The notes: generated from the sequence alone by a model not told the origin. DNA of 63,755 bases, filler included, from Octopus bimaculoides (GCF_001194135.2; 6 parts of 6 records of this genome joined end to end with filler, not necessarily neighbours in it), one strand, 5' to 3'. Counted from the first letter of the whole stretch, positions 1 through 12,683 are shown. Numbers and translations: made by a program.

Positions 1-879
1 ATGCATGCGTATTTGTAGCAGTCGTTCAATGTCCTTCTTGACACTTTCTTATATGATATATACTTATATTGGCTTACGCTCGCATATTTTAATGAAGATG
101 AAGCGATTTTCGTATCTTCCATTACTATTACTCATTCCACTAAGCTTCCTAAATGCATTAACAACGTTTCCTTACCTCCACACCTTCATCTTCAGGATGA
201 AGTTATATCAAGATTTGAACTTCTTGCTGTTCACCGTTATCAATACGGTATTTAATTCTGTTTGATATATATATATATATATATCGCTAAAAGATTATCA
301 GACCATTGCAGTAGATTGTCGGAAGTGTACGAATGTCAGATTAGGTGTCCCGACATATTCCCTTAAATTGCGTTTTGAGTTAAAATCCCGCTTTGGCATG
401 GTTTGAAGGTAAATTTATTCTACACTGTTGCAAGCATTCGAGATAGGTGTCATGTTTGAGGATAGTTCATCACTTACTATGACATGTCTTGGTCTCCCTG
501 TAATGGGTTACAGGCCCTACATTTTCTCTGACTAAAAGATGAACGTAAAACACCCAGTATCTTGGCACTGTCTATTATATTTAGACACCAACATACACCA
601 GCATCACTTCATCGAGGAGGTGAGACCACGAAGGTCAAAGAGCATTGATAATGGATTGAGAATATATGGGTGGAATAAACAGCAGAGATGCTTTATTCCA
701 TGCAGAAACAGTAGGAGCTACTCAGAGGTTTCGTAATCACTTCGCAATGTGGGAGACATTTCCGTATGTACGCAGGTTGCCATGGTCACAAGCGTTTCAC
801 CCCTTTATCTATGGGCTTTGTTTGAATAGTGCATCGGGGTATATACTAGTCTTTGCCTGCATAAGGGTTTCATTTTCTG

Positions 880-1070
880 TCTTACTCTAAGCTACTCTAA
901 GCTGCCGTGCCTACCTTCTTGGTTTTCTTCAGCTGCTTGGATTTCCGAGCTATTTTCTGCGGGAAATAGCGCACCAATCTAATAGATAAACTCTGGCACT
1001 CGATTTCAAAAGGGAATAAGAGGGTGTTCCATCCCCTGACAAGGATCTCATCAACCAACTCCCGATGTTA
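880..1070 (-). mobile_element. Possible 3' end of an RLE-type (HERO/NeSL-like) non-LTR retrotransposon ORF, decayed
   Basis: Minus strand translates HRELVDEILVRGWNTLLFPFEIECQSLSIRL...RKSKQLKKTKKVGTAA*, loosely like the RLE C-terminal pattern Y.ELV.E....GW....PVEVGCRG. Short and divergent. Confidence 0.3.
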
Positions 1071-1103
1071 GTTTTTTTTTTTTTTAGCTAATGACAAGTA
1101 TCA

Positions 1104-1256
1104 TAGTAGTGGTGGTGGTGGTGGTGGTAGTGGTGGTGGTGGTGGTGGCTGTGGCGGCCTCTTCTTCTTCTTCTTCTTCTTCTTCCTCCTCCTCCTCCTC
1201 CTCTTCCTCCTTCTTCTTCTTCTTCTTCTTCTTTGGTGGTGGTGGTGGTGGTGGTG
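1104..1256. repeat. Compound trinucleotide microsatellite (GTA/GTG)-(TCT/TCC)-(GGT)
   Basis: Directly visible; explains the homopolymer ORFs at 1084-1351. Confidence 0.95.
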
Positions 1257-1449
1257 TTGCCTGGTGTTTGCAGGTTAGCCCACTTGGCAATATTTAAAAG
1301 GACTTCCATTTGTGTTGGCCATTCTCCAGGTGACCAGGGGCCTCTGGGCAAAGAGTTGCTTCCATAGTGCTTGCAGGGTGAGGATCATTCTTTGCCCCTT
1401 ATTTTCAAGCCAAATAAAAGCAAGGTATTCATATGAAGATATATAGACG

Positions 1450-1847
1450 TATGTGCATACACACACATACACGCATGCACACATATACACACACACGCGC
1501 ACATACTGACACAGACACACATACACACATACTCATGCACACGCATACACACATACAGAAACTCACAGGCACAGACACACATACGCACATACTCACATAC
1601 ACATACACACATACACAAACACACAGACATACGCACATAGACACACATACACACAAGCATGCACACACACACATGCACAAACACGCGCGCACATACTGTC
1701 ACAGACACACATACACATATACTCATGTACACATACGCACACACAAACCCACAGGCACATACACGAACACAAAGACATACACACACACACACACACACAC
1801 ACATACACAAACACACCGACACACACACATACACACATACACAAACA

Positions 1848-1882
<35 letters not shown>
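1450..1882. repeat. Degenerate (CA)n-rich microsatellite field
   Basis: Directly visible CA/CATA/CAGA runs. Confidence 0.95.
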
Positions 1883-1885
<3 letters not shown>

Positions 1886-2675
1886 ATATATATAGTAGTG
1901 TATCGTAATATCTTTGACTTTGTGCCCCCTGAGGCAAATAATGAAATTTGTAAAAATCATTATTTNNNNNNNNNNNNNNNNNNNNNNNNNNNNNNNNNNN
2001 NNNNNNNNNNNNNNNNNNNNNNNNNNNNNNNNNNNNNNNNNNNNNNNNNNNNNNNNNNNNNNNNNNNNNNNNNNNNNNNNNNNNNNNNNNNNNNNNNNNN
2101 NNNNNNNNNNNNNNNNNNNNNNNNNNNNNNNNNNNNNNNNNNNNNNNNNNNNNNNNNNNNNNNNNNNNNNNNNNNNNNNNNNNNNNNNNNNNNNNNNNNN
2201 NNNNNNNNNNNNNNNNNNNNNNNNNNNNNNNNNNNNNNNNNNNNNNNNNNNNNNNNNNNNNNNNNNNNNNNNNNNNNNNNNNNNNNNNNNNNNNNNNNNN
2301 NNNNNNNNNNNNNNNNNNNNNNNNNNNNNNNNNNNNNNNNNNNNNNNNNNNNNNNNNNNNNNNNNNNNNNNNNNNNNNNNNNNNNNNNNNNNNNNNNNNN
2401 NNNNNNNNNNNNNNNNNNNNNNNNNNNNNNNNNNNNNNNNNNNNNNNNNNNNNNNNNNNNNNNNNNNNNNNNNNNNNNNNNNNNNNNNNNNNNNNNNNNN
2501 NNNNNNNNNNNNNNNNNNNNNNNNNNNNNNNNNNNNNNNNNNNNNNNNNNNNNNNNNNNNNNNNNNNNNNNNNNNNNNNNNNNNNNNNNNNNNNNNNNNN
2601 NNNNNNNNNNNNNNNNNNNNNNNNNNNNNNNNNNNNNNNNNNNNNNNNNNNNNNNNNNNNNNNNNNNNNNNNNNN

Positions 2676-2683
2676 CTCTCTTC

Positions 2684-2716
<33 letters not shown>

Positions 2717-2832
2717 TCTCTTTCTCTCTTTCTCTCTTTCTCTCTCTCTCTTTCTCTCTCTCTCTTTCTCTCTGTCTTTCTCTCTCTCTTTCTCGCTTTC
2801 TCTCTCTCTTTCTCGCTTTCTCTCTCTCTCTT

Positions 2833-2885
<53 letters not shown>

Positions 2886-2920
2886 CTTTCTCTCTGTCTT
2901 TCTCTCTCTCTTTCTCGCTT

Positions 2921-2952
<32 letters not shown>

Positions 2953-3150
2953 TGTCTGTCTCTCTCTTTCTTTCTCTGATTGTCTCTCTCTTTCTCTCTC
3001 TGTCTGTCTCTCTCTGTCTGTCTCTCTCTGTCTGTCTCTCTCTGTCTGTCTCTCTCTGTCTGTCTCTCTCTGTCTGTCTCTCTCTGTCTGTCTCTCTCTT
3101 TCTTTCTCTGTCTGTCTGTCTCTCTCTGTCTGTCTCTCTCTCTCTTTCTT
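2676..3150. repeat. (CT)n/(CTTT)/(CTGT)-rich microsatellite field adjoining an N-gap
   Basis: Directly visible. Confidence 0.95.
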
Positions 3151-3798
3151 TCCTCTTCCCACACAAATACGCATTCTCTCTTCGTTAACCTGTCATCTCC
3201 TTCCTCTCGTTTATTATAACTTACAAACTCCTTCTCACTCATCTACAACATTCTCTCCCTCTCTGTTCCCTCGCTCCCCCTCCCCCATCTGCCCCCTCTC
3301 TCTACCTCACTACCTCTCACGTACACCCAACCGTACTCTTTGCTCCGAGTCTCTTCAGCATTCATCTTCTCTCTACTTACTCCTTTACATTCTCTCCCGC
3401 AGTCTCCCGCTATCAAACACGAAATCACATTCGTTTTATGCCTCTCATAATACAATAGACATTCCCTCAAACATACAAACACATTGTTTATTAATTAGCA
3501 CCCCCCACCACCACCAACACCACCATATTTCTCACTCTCCTAATGTCTTTCATTCTCTCATAGACAAAATCCGTTTTCTTGATCACCTACAAAACTCATC
3601 TCTCTTCCTCTCTCTTCCTCTGTCTCTCTGTATGTCAGTCTCTCATTCTTTCCTTCTCTCTGTGTCTCACTCCCATCTCTCTCATTATCCCAAATCGTCT
3701 CTCCTTCCTTTGTTAATTTCTCACACATTTTCTTTATTCTTACAGTATTTCATCTTTTCATGTAACTAATGCGTCCCTCTCTCTCTCATTTCTCCTGC

Positions 3799-3830
<32 letters not shown>

Positions 3831-5227
3831 TCCTTCTTTCTTTCTTGTATGTTTGTATGTTATCACAGACACCACCACAAAATAGCGACCAATGGTAAAA
3901 TTTGGTAGCTTCTGTTGGTTAATTATTTGGTTTGAAAAGGAATCCAAACCTGAAACACGGTATTATTGTGCTTAATAAAGATACATTAGACGTAATTCCT
4001 GCTTGAAAAAGGTATGGGATGTCCACGGCTGGAATTACTTTGAGGTTCAGTGCATCAGGACACATTTCTTGCATTGTCAGTAACAACAACAACAACAATG
4101 ATTCTGTAACATACAGACAAGACAACGGACAAGTCTATAATGGTTGTTGTGACCTACTAGAAATAGTAACTATATCTCAATAAATCACTGCATGCAATCT
4201 CGAAAAAAAAAAAGAAAGAGGGGGAGAGAGAGAGAAAGAGAGAGAAGGAAGGAAAGAAATAAATAAATAAAGAAGGAAATGATACTAGGTGGGCAGACGA
4301 GTCAACGTGGTCTCTCGTAGACTGTGGTGTCCAAATAAAAAAGAAACGATTAATAACAAAGACATGATGGCCATTGTTGAAATATCTTTGATCATAATTC
4401 TCCTACATCAGAGATGACCTGTGGTTAGCTCCACTACAACAACAACGCCAACAACATGGCTTCTGTCACATGACAAATGACTTATACAATTGTAGAATAA
4501 GTGCTGTCAGTGGTTCGATTGCCACTTACACGGCAAGTGAACATCAGTTCATATGCAAATATATCTCGTGCACAGGGTGTCGTTAATATTCTTGTAAACG
4601 ATGTTATAACCTAAGAAATTTCGACAGAATAGATTCCATTTTTCATTTTAAGTCTTCAGATTTAGTTGTTATGCTCGTTAAATTCCTTCCTATTTCGGGG
4701 TATATATAGGAATGCTGACAACAGCAATATATTAGGCCCAGTTATAAATAACGTTTTCTTTTGTGGGCCTGTCACATTTGGTCTAAATTTATGAATATAT
4801 ACTCGAACTCAGTAAGCAAATGAAAGCTGTCTTATTTCTCACTGTTAGATGAAGAGAGAGAGAGAGAGAGAGAGAGANNNNNNNNNNNNNNNNNNNNNNN
4901 NNNNNNNNNNNNNNNNNNNNNNNNNNNNNNNNNNNNNNNNNNNNNNNNNNNNNNNNNNNNNNNNNNNNNNNNNNNNNNNNNNNNNNNNNNNNNNNNNNNN
5001 NNNNNNNNNNNNNNNNNNNNNNNNNNNNNNNNNNNNNNNNNNAGAGAGAGAGGGGGGGGGGAAGACAGAGAGGGGGAGAGAAAAAAAAAGGAGAGACAGA
5101 GATAGAGACAGGCAGACAGACAGACAGAGACACAGAATCAGAGTGACAGGCAGATGGACAGAAAGACAAATTGGCAGACAGACATAGAATATCTGTGGTC
5201 TTTTGTGTATTGTTCAGGTACTCTAGA

Positions 5228-5400
5228 GGGCGTGGATGGTTAAGTGATTGATAATGTAGCAGACAAGCAAGCTAGTGTTTGATGGTTCAAATCAGGAGGA
5301 CAGCAATACAATGGAGTCTCTATCTGCAAGTCGCTCGACCTACAAAAGTAACAGCCAAATGTCCCTTGCTATTGTTCCTCGCCAACGGCTCCTGCCTTAA
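5228..5400 (+). mobile_element. Degenerate tRNA-headed SINE (here family E)
   Basis: A-box-like TGGATGGTTAAG and B-box-like GGTTCAAATC, then CTCGACCTACAAAAGTAACAGCCAAAT. Related motif fragments recur near 4150, 7190(-), 28390(-) and 40905. Confidence 0.45.
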
Positions 5401-5819
5401 GGAAATAAACGGAAGTATACTTTGAAGAATCTGAATCTAGATGTATTTGTGTGTAAGAAGAATAACGGNNNNNNNNNNNNNNNNNNNNNNNNNNNNNNNN
5501 NNNNNNNNNNNNNNNNNNNNNNNNNNNNNNNNNNNNNNNNNNNNNNNNNNNNNNNNNNNNNNNNNNNNGTATTAAGTCTATAAAATTGTGCATAAAGTAT
5601 ATAAAGTGAATATATAAAATGCATTAACTAATAATCATATTCCAATTTCTATCACTTTTCAATGAATACCAGATGAGCGACTATCTTTCCATACAGACAC
5701 AACACAGGCTACACTTTCAGGTCTTTTTGGATAAAGCTTTTGAGAAATAACCCAATGGGTTTACTATTAATTCCGTGAAATATTCACGGGATCCGCTAGT
5801 TTTTAAATATTGTCCAAAT

Positions 5820-6100
5820 TAATACGTATTTCCGTATATACAGTACGGCGAGTCTTTGCACCTGTTGAGGGAGGTATATATGTTCTGACTATGTGTCTGT
5901 GCACACCTTTGAATGTAATGTATGCCAGAAGGTTTGCAAATCCAACGGAGGCCGCAAAAGACATTTTAAGCCTCAGCAAAGAGCAGACTTTAATCTGCAG
6001 CACTTTTTGGTCCAAATCGGAGGTGCAATCTATGTGGGTGTCTTTTCAGAACATTGTCTGGTTCAAAAAAATCCACATCAAATACCATGATGGTGATAAG
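5820..6100 (+). pseudogene. Degenerate C2H2 zinc-finger-like segment, probably a LINE (RTE-type) ORF C-terminal relic
   Basis: FECNVCQKVCKSNGGRKRHFKPQ = C-x2-C-x12-H-x3-Q, where the second His position is CAG, one substitution from a His codon. A second broken finger (TLICSTF...) follows in another frame. Confidence 0.45.
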
Positions 6101-6293
6101 GTGTAGGTACAGGAGTAGAGAACCACCATATATATATATACATACATACATACATACATATATGCATATATATNNNNNNNNNNNNNNNNNNNNNNNNNNN
6201 NNNNNNNNNNNNNNNNNNNNNNNNNNNNNNNNNNNNNNNNNNNNNNNNNNNNNNNNNNNNNNNNNNNNNNNNNNNNNNNNNNNNNNNNNNNNN

Positions 6294-6414
6294 TGCTGAA
6301 CGGATGAAAGGCAAAGCCGACCTCGTTAGAATTTGATCTCTGAACTTAAAGTTGGATGTGATGTCCTTAAGTATTTTGCCCCGCGTGTTAACGAGTCTAC
6401 CTACTCACCACCTT
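6294..6414 (-). mobile_element. SINE family A, partial (5' half)
   Basis: Reverse complement matches the copy at 24372 (AAGGTGGTGAG...GTTAACACGCGGGGCAAAAT...TCAAATTCT..CGAGGTCGGCTTTGCCTTTCATCC); cut by an N-gap. Confidence 0.7.
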
Positions 6415-9087
6415 GCGGATAGGCAGTAATATTAATATAAATGTGTGTGTGTGTGCGTGCGTGTATGTAAGAGAGACAGAGAGAGAGAGAGAGAGAGAGT
6501 GTGTGTGTGAGAGAGAGTGTGTGTGTGAGAGAGAGTGTGTGTGTGAGAGAGAGTGTGTGAGTGTATGTGTGAGAGAGAGTAAAAGAGAGAGAGAGAGTGT
6601 GTGTGTGTGAGAGAGAAAGAGAGAGAGAGTGTGTGTGTGTGAGGGGGAGAGAGAGAGTACACGTTACAAGATACAACTATGTGCGAAGTACAGGTGCCCA
6701 TGTTTGGCCAAAACGGCGTACTAAAGGTCGAGTTAATAACTGAGGTCAACCAGTGATGGCGTCAAATAATTCTTTATGGTCAGACAGTGTTGTGGTAGGT
6801 AGTGACCACCATCATGCAAATAATGAAACTAGATTTCTTTGGCTTGAATTTACCTTAAAATCTGTGGATCGGTAAACTGCAACGAACAGGGTTTGAAAAA
6901 GTTATAGAAAAAGAAAAGTGTATGGTTAAAATGTTTGAGGACTGATTGATCTAGTGTTCTGTTTCCCTTTCTCAAAGACGACGGGGACACATCTGAGGTT
7001 ATGTTTCCTCTGCTATTTCTAGCATATCATGTCATTACCTAGATTCCTTTTTCTCGCTCCGAGTCCCTTAGGGCCGTGTTCATATGAAGATCATTGCGTG
7101 CGGCAACATTTATTTGTACAGGTGTGTTATTTGCTTTCAATGTGCCTTTCTTTTCGTAAGACGGTATGAGGTGATTTGAAGGTGGGGAGTTAACTGTTAT
7201 GTCTAGCAAATTGATTGACCCTATAGAGGTTCCTCATTCGCTCGGGGATTGGAATTCAGTGTATGGAAGAAGCGAAATGTGGTGCTCTTCGAACGGTTTA
7301 TGGAGGAGAGATATCAGAGATATCATAATTCAGACGGTGATAATGCGGGGTGGAGGAAGACAGATCGAGCAAAAATCGAAGTAATGTGCATTTGTGGAGA
7401 ATAAAGAGAGAGAATAATGCCAGAACGAATGATTAGCAAAAAAAAGGTGTTTATAACAATTGTCTATGTCGTGTGACACAGTGCATTGTAGCGACAATAG
7501 CAGAGAAAAGCAGATGCTGCGAGTGAATTAATTTAAAGGTGAGTTATAGAAATTGGCAAATTCGCAGACATAGAATCCATTGTCGTAATCTAAGAAGAAA
7601 ACCAGAGAGATATCACTTTGGTGATTGTCAAATTATTTTCTTTTTCGGCTAAATAAGACAAGATCAGCGCTTTTACCACATCAGTAAATTAACCATCTGC
7701 TGTGTCTATCTAGTGCAATATTTGTTATCTTACTAATAATATAGCATTTGCTGAATAACTATAGTAAGAAAGAAAGGAAGAAAAACTTAACTGCCGATAT
7801 CTAAGGCAAATAATATTTGATATATATATTGGAAAATTACATCTCTATAAAGCAAAGATATTGAATATGTGTATGAATTGTTATTTAATGTGTCTTTATT
7901 ATAAATAGCTATTAAATAGCTTTGCAACGAACGAAACTGAAATTTTACTGACAGAATGTGCGAAATAGATTCACGTTCGGAAAACTTCTATTCACAGCAA
8001 CGGGTTTGATTTAACATGTATAGGAATGAATAAATCAATAGAAATTTTGTTAATAAGCAAGTTCAAATATGTTTCTCTGGGTATTGTTCAATAAATAGGA
8101 AAAACTATCTAAATAAATAAAATTTTTAAATATACATATATGCATGTATGCATAAGCATGACTATTTTTGCAATATATATATATATGTATAATTTGTATG
8201 CATATATATATAGATGTATGTAGATATGTATAGTATGTAGTTTATGTATATTAGTAACGTTATGTATTGTTATAGGTCTAGTAAATATAGTTTGCGTTAT
8301 ATCTGATTTAGAAATTATAGATTAATGGATGTCTGATGTGAATAGGTTAGCGTATAAATGTATATGTATTTGGACATACAATGTAAGAGAGTACAGATAT
8401 ATGTATATAAGTATGTACATATATATATATATATATATAAGTATATATATATATAAGTATATATATATATATATATANNNNNNNNNNNNNNNNNNNNNNN
8501 NNNNNNNNNNNNNNNNNNNNNNNNNNNNNNNNNNNNNNNNNNNNNNNNNNNNNNNNNNNNNNNNNNNNNNNNNNNNNNNNNNNNNNNNNNNNNNNNNNNN
8601 NNNNNNNNNNNNNNNNNNNNNNNNNNNNNNNNNNNNNNNNNNNNNNNNNNNNNNNNNNNNNNNNNNNNNNNNNNNNNNNNNNNNNNNNNNNNNNNNNNNN
8701 NNNNNNNNNNNNNNNNNNNNNNNNNNNNNNNNNNNNNNNNNNNNNNNNNNNNNNNNNNNNNNNNNNNNNNNNNNNNNNNNNNNNNNNNNNNNNNNNNNNN
8801 NNNNNNNNNNNNNNNNNNNNNNNNNNNNNNNNNNNNNNNNNNNNNNNNNNNNNNNNNNNNNNNNNNNNNNNNNNNNNNNNNNNNNNNNNNNNNNNNNNNN
8901 NNNNNNNNNNNNNNNNNNNNNNNNNNNNNNNNNNNNNNNNNNNNNNNNNNNNNNNNNNNNNNNNNNNNNNNNNNNNNNNNNNNNNNNNNNNNNNNNNNNN
9001 NNNNNNNNNNNNNNNNNNNNNNNNNNNNNNNNNNNNNNNNNNNNNNNNNNNNNNNNNNNNNNNNNNNNNNNNNNNNNNNNNNNNNNC

Positions 9088-9198
9088 ACCACCACCACCA
9101 CCATCACTAGCACCAACACCACGAGGACCACTACGGTCCCTCTCCACCACCACTACTACTCCCACCATCACCATCATCACCATCACCACCATCATCAT

Positions 9199-9230
<32 letters not shown>

Positions 9231-9232
9231 CC

Positions 9233-9266
<34 letters not shown>

Positions 9267-9275
9267 TCATCATCA
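9088..9275. repeat. (CAC)/(CAT) trinucleotide microsatellite
   Basis: Directly visible; source of the poly-His and poly-Met ORFs. Confidence 0.95.
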
Positions 9276-9683
9276 TTTCTGTTTTTGAATCTTTTCGTCT
9301 GTAGTTAACGACATTTTCTGTTAGTCATGAAATTGTGCAATCATAACAACAGAATAGAAGAAACAAAAAAAAAATTCACATTTTTGAAACAGAGAAGATA
9401 TGGAACCCCTCTCCATTTTAGTCCATGTTTCCCGGTCTCCTCTCGCCGTTTATTAATTTTTCTTCTTTTTTGTTTTTAATACATATGACTATATAGCAAT
9501 ACCTAGCTGGAATTGAAACCCCAAACCTAGCATATAGATCTCGATGAAAAACGAACCACCCCAGCACGTTGCCGATTTTATGTTTGAGCGACAATCAGTG
9601 ATGACGACGACGAGGACCACCACTACCACCACCACTGCCACTACAACGCCCACCACGTAGACAAGCACGACCACCACGGCCTT

Positions 9684-10600
9684 TTGATGCCTTGGGATAC
9701 TGTTCCCAAGGACCCAGCAATAATTGGCACTATCTTCACCTTCTTTTTCCATAGCCGGGTTATTTCGTGCCTAAGAGAGTTATATTTATCTATCTGCCTT
9801 CCTTCTTCACTATTCGTGGGTCAGAGGGGCATGCAGCATCAGCTATATAGCATATGTGGTGCACCTTGTCCGCCTCCACTAGGTCCGGTCTGTTATTCTC
9901 TAGCACCTGATTTGTGTAGATTGGAAAATCCTAAAGGATTTTGCTAGTCTCCGACTCTGCTACTTTCTGTGATTTGTGCTCATACCACGTCTTTCCTCTC
10001 TTTATCCCCCACTTTTCGCACAGTTTCCTATGTAACACTTTCGCTACCTGATCGTGTCGCCACAACTTGTAGTGGTTTAGGGCAAGTCTAGGACATTCGT
10101 TCATGATATGGGCAATGTTTTCATCCACTCTATTGCAGATGCGGCACAGTAGAGACACGTGCTCATTCCTAAGGTTGGCCCTCCAGTTCCTGGCCAAAGC
10201 TTGGACTTGCGCTTCCAGTATAGTGCTCTAGGTCTTTTTTAGTGTTCCTTTCCTCGGCCAATCCCACCTATTTTTCCAGCAACTTCTGTTGTGATTATAT
10301 GGAATTGATTGTGTACTCCCTTCTTGCGTTATTCTTCTCCATGTCGTTTTTGTACTTCCTTCCTTGTTTTTCTTTTTTACTCTGCTTTCAATACTCCCTT
10401 GTTCCAAACTATCACTAGCAAGGTTTCCTTATTTTGGGCTAGGTATCTCATTATGCTCTCGAGTTCGATATGCACATAGTCTTCCACACTTATCAGTCCA
10501 CTTCCTCCATTTACTCTCTTCATCTATAGGTAATTAATGTCTGTACGTATATGGTAGGCTCCATGCTGCATCGTTAGGAGCTTTCTTGGCTCCATTAGCA
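9684..10600 (-). mobile_element. R4/Dong-like RLE non-LTR retrotransposon, 3' part (RT thumb, CCHC knuckle, PD..D endonuclease), decayed
   Basis: Minus strand gives RKLLTMQHGAYHIRTDINYL*MKRVNGGSGLISVEDYV, WDWPRKGTLKK, CRICNRVDENIAHIMNECPRLALNHYKLWRHDQVAKVLHRKLC, WYEH...KIL*DF...NNRPDLV...ADAACP and KVKIVPIIAGSLGTV. Frameshifts and stops are present. Confidence 0.85.
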
Positions 10601-10604
10601 GGAA

Positions 10605-11660
10605 TGTTACCTTGAGGTTTGGTGACAATAAGTCTCCTCGAATCGCAAGAATCTTTCTAAGGAATTTTGTCGAATAGAGGATGGCACTTTTCTGTGGGTC
10701 TAAAATCCGAGTGTCAATTCCAAACTCTTTCAGTCTCTTTGGTAGCATTTTGGGTGCTGCATCAAGTGCACCAATTGCAACAGGAATAATTGTCTTAGTC
10801 TTCCACCATCTTATTCACACTCATAGTTATCAATTTATTTAATCTCTTTGACATCGACTCTGTTATCAAATGGTATTGCAAAGTCTATGATCTTTAAGCT
10901 TTGTCCTCTATGTTCATATCTTGTATTCTTGCTTCAATAGTACGGTGTGTCTTTACGGAGAAATCCCAAAAGAACCTGCAATTTTTATTCTCTTTTACAG
11001 CCTCTGGTTCGTGTTCATACCACTCTCTTGGGAATTCGAAGCCACACCCTCGACTAGCATCCCGATACATTCTTTTACCTATACAATCTCACCTGCGCTC
11101 GTACTCATTTTGTGCTGGGTGGTTGCATTCACTCGAGAGTTGATTTATATTTGCGTTTTCTGTTTTTTGAAGCCACACATTCGACTAGAATCCCAATGCA
11201 CTCTTTTACCTACACAGTCATACCTGAGCTTATACTCATCTTGTGCTACGTTGATTGCATACACTCAAGTGTTGATTAATATTTTCGTCGTCTGTTTTCT
11301 GAAGCCACACCCTCCACTAACATCACAATGCACTCTTTTACCTCAACAGCCATGCCTGCGTTCATTCTCATTTTGTTCAAGGTAATTGCATTCTCTCAAG
11401 AGATGATTAATACTTCCGGCTCATTTCTTGCAGATTCAACATTTGTTATCTCACTGAGTTTTCTCGATCTTTCCCTTTATCAGATTCGTCCTAATGGCTT
11501 CTTCCTGGGCGGCTATAATTAGTGCTTCAATTTCTCGTTTCAGGTTTCCGTCCCTCAGCCATTGCAGGCGTTCTTCTAACGTACTTGATTTGTAGCTTGA
11601 ATTTGTCATTTAATTGCCTTTCATTCCGACAGCTTTCTCTCTTGTTTCTATAAATTGCTG
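10605..11660 (-). mobile_element. Second R4/Dong-like RLE 3' part, directly upstream of the first, with an internal triplication
   Basis: Minus strand gives QWLRDGNLKREIEALIIAAQEEAIRTNLIKGKI, C*ICKK*AGSINHLLREC, WYEHEPEAVKENKNCRFFWDF, IIDFAIPFDNRV and KTIIPVAIGALDAAPKMLPKRLKEFGIDTRILDPQKSAILYSTKFLRKIL. Confidence 0.85.
11038..11430. repeat. Three diverged tandem copies of a 131-132 bp unit inside the RLE element
   Basis: Units start GAAGCCACAC at 11038, 11169 and 11301 and share CTTTTACCT, ACTCAT.TTGT, TTGCAT.C.CTC and TGATT.ATA. Confidence 0.9.
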
Positions 11661-12399
11661 CTGTATAGGAAAAAAGATTTAAACTTCAGTAAAATCCCCG
11701 AATTGAAAATCATTTGAATAACAGTTCCCCAACAATTAGTTTTATAGACATGTATTTGTCATTCACTTCGACAGATATATAAATTGGGTGACTAAAATCA
11801 TGTAAGCAACGAATCTACTGTCTGCACAATATAGCTAGCCTTCTATATATTCTTATTTGGTGGCATAGTTCATCTAACACTATATAATCCAATGTGCCGT
11901 TCCATATTCTAGCCGCGAAGATTTTGCAGCTGATTCAAGCATGTTTTGAGATTACATTTAGTGTTGTAAGTTGTGTGTAGTAAATCCACAACTTTAGAAA
12001 CGAGGAAAAATAGAAAAAAAAACCGTTTTCTACGATACAAACATCATTATTAATAGCGTAAAGTTATTAGTATAAACGTGATAGGTACAGGAAGCAAGAA
12101 TATAAGACTTGTTATTTTTTATTCTCTCTGCAACACGAAATAGTGTTTACCAAAGTTTCATTACTAAGTATATTATGCATGTATAACAGTACCACTTTCA
12201 TTTTGTATCTTCAGAATATACTGTCTGGATATAAATTTCTGCTTTAGGTTCAAGAATTTCTCTATAGTTTCATTTCATTTTCTTTCTTTTTTTTTTCTTT
12301 TTTTTTTTTTTTCACTTTTTGCATTTTCAGTATTAGTGGGTAAAAATCGTGTTGCTCTGATATTATGGCTCCTCTCATTGTTATTGTTCATCATCAACA

Positions 12400-12498
12400 T
12401 CATCTTCTTCATCATTATCATCATCATCATCATCGTCGTCGTCGTCGTCGTCATCATCATCATCGTCATCATCATAATTGATAATAATAATGATAATC

Positions 12499-12565
<67 letters not shown>

Positions 12566-12683
12566 CAACAGCAACAACAACAACAATAATAATATTTTAA
12601 AAACCATCTTCACAATCATTCCCATCATCATGTATTCGTACTATTGCCGTTGTTGTTGTGGTTGTTATTAATAATGATGATGA

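Noticed and set aside
1385-3769. Very long ORFs (up to 778 aa), and similar ones near 8322, 13172, 18489, 28809, 30977, 49121 and 51026
   Set aside because: They consist of N-gap X runs plus dinucleotide or trinucleotide repeat translations (RE, HT, YI, VC, SL) and have no coding signature.
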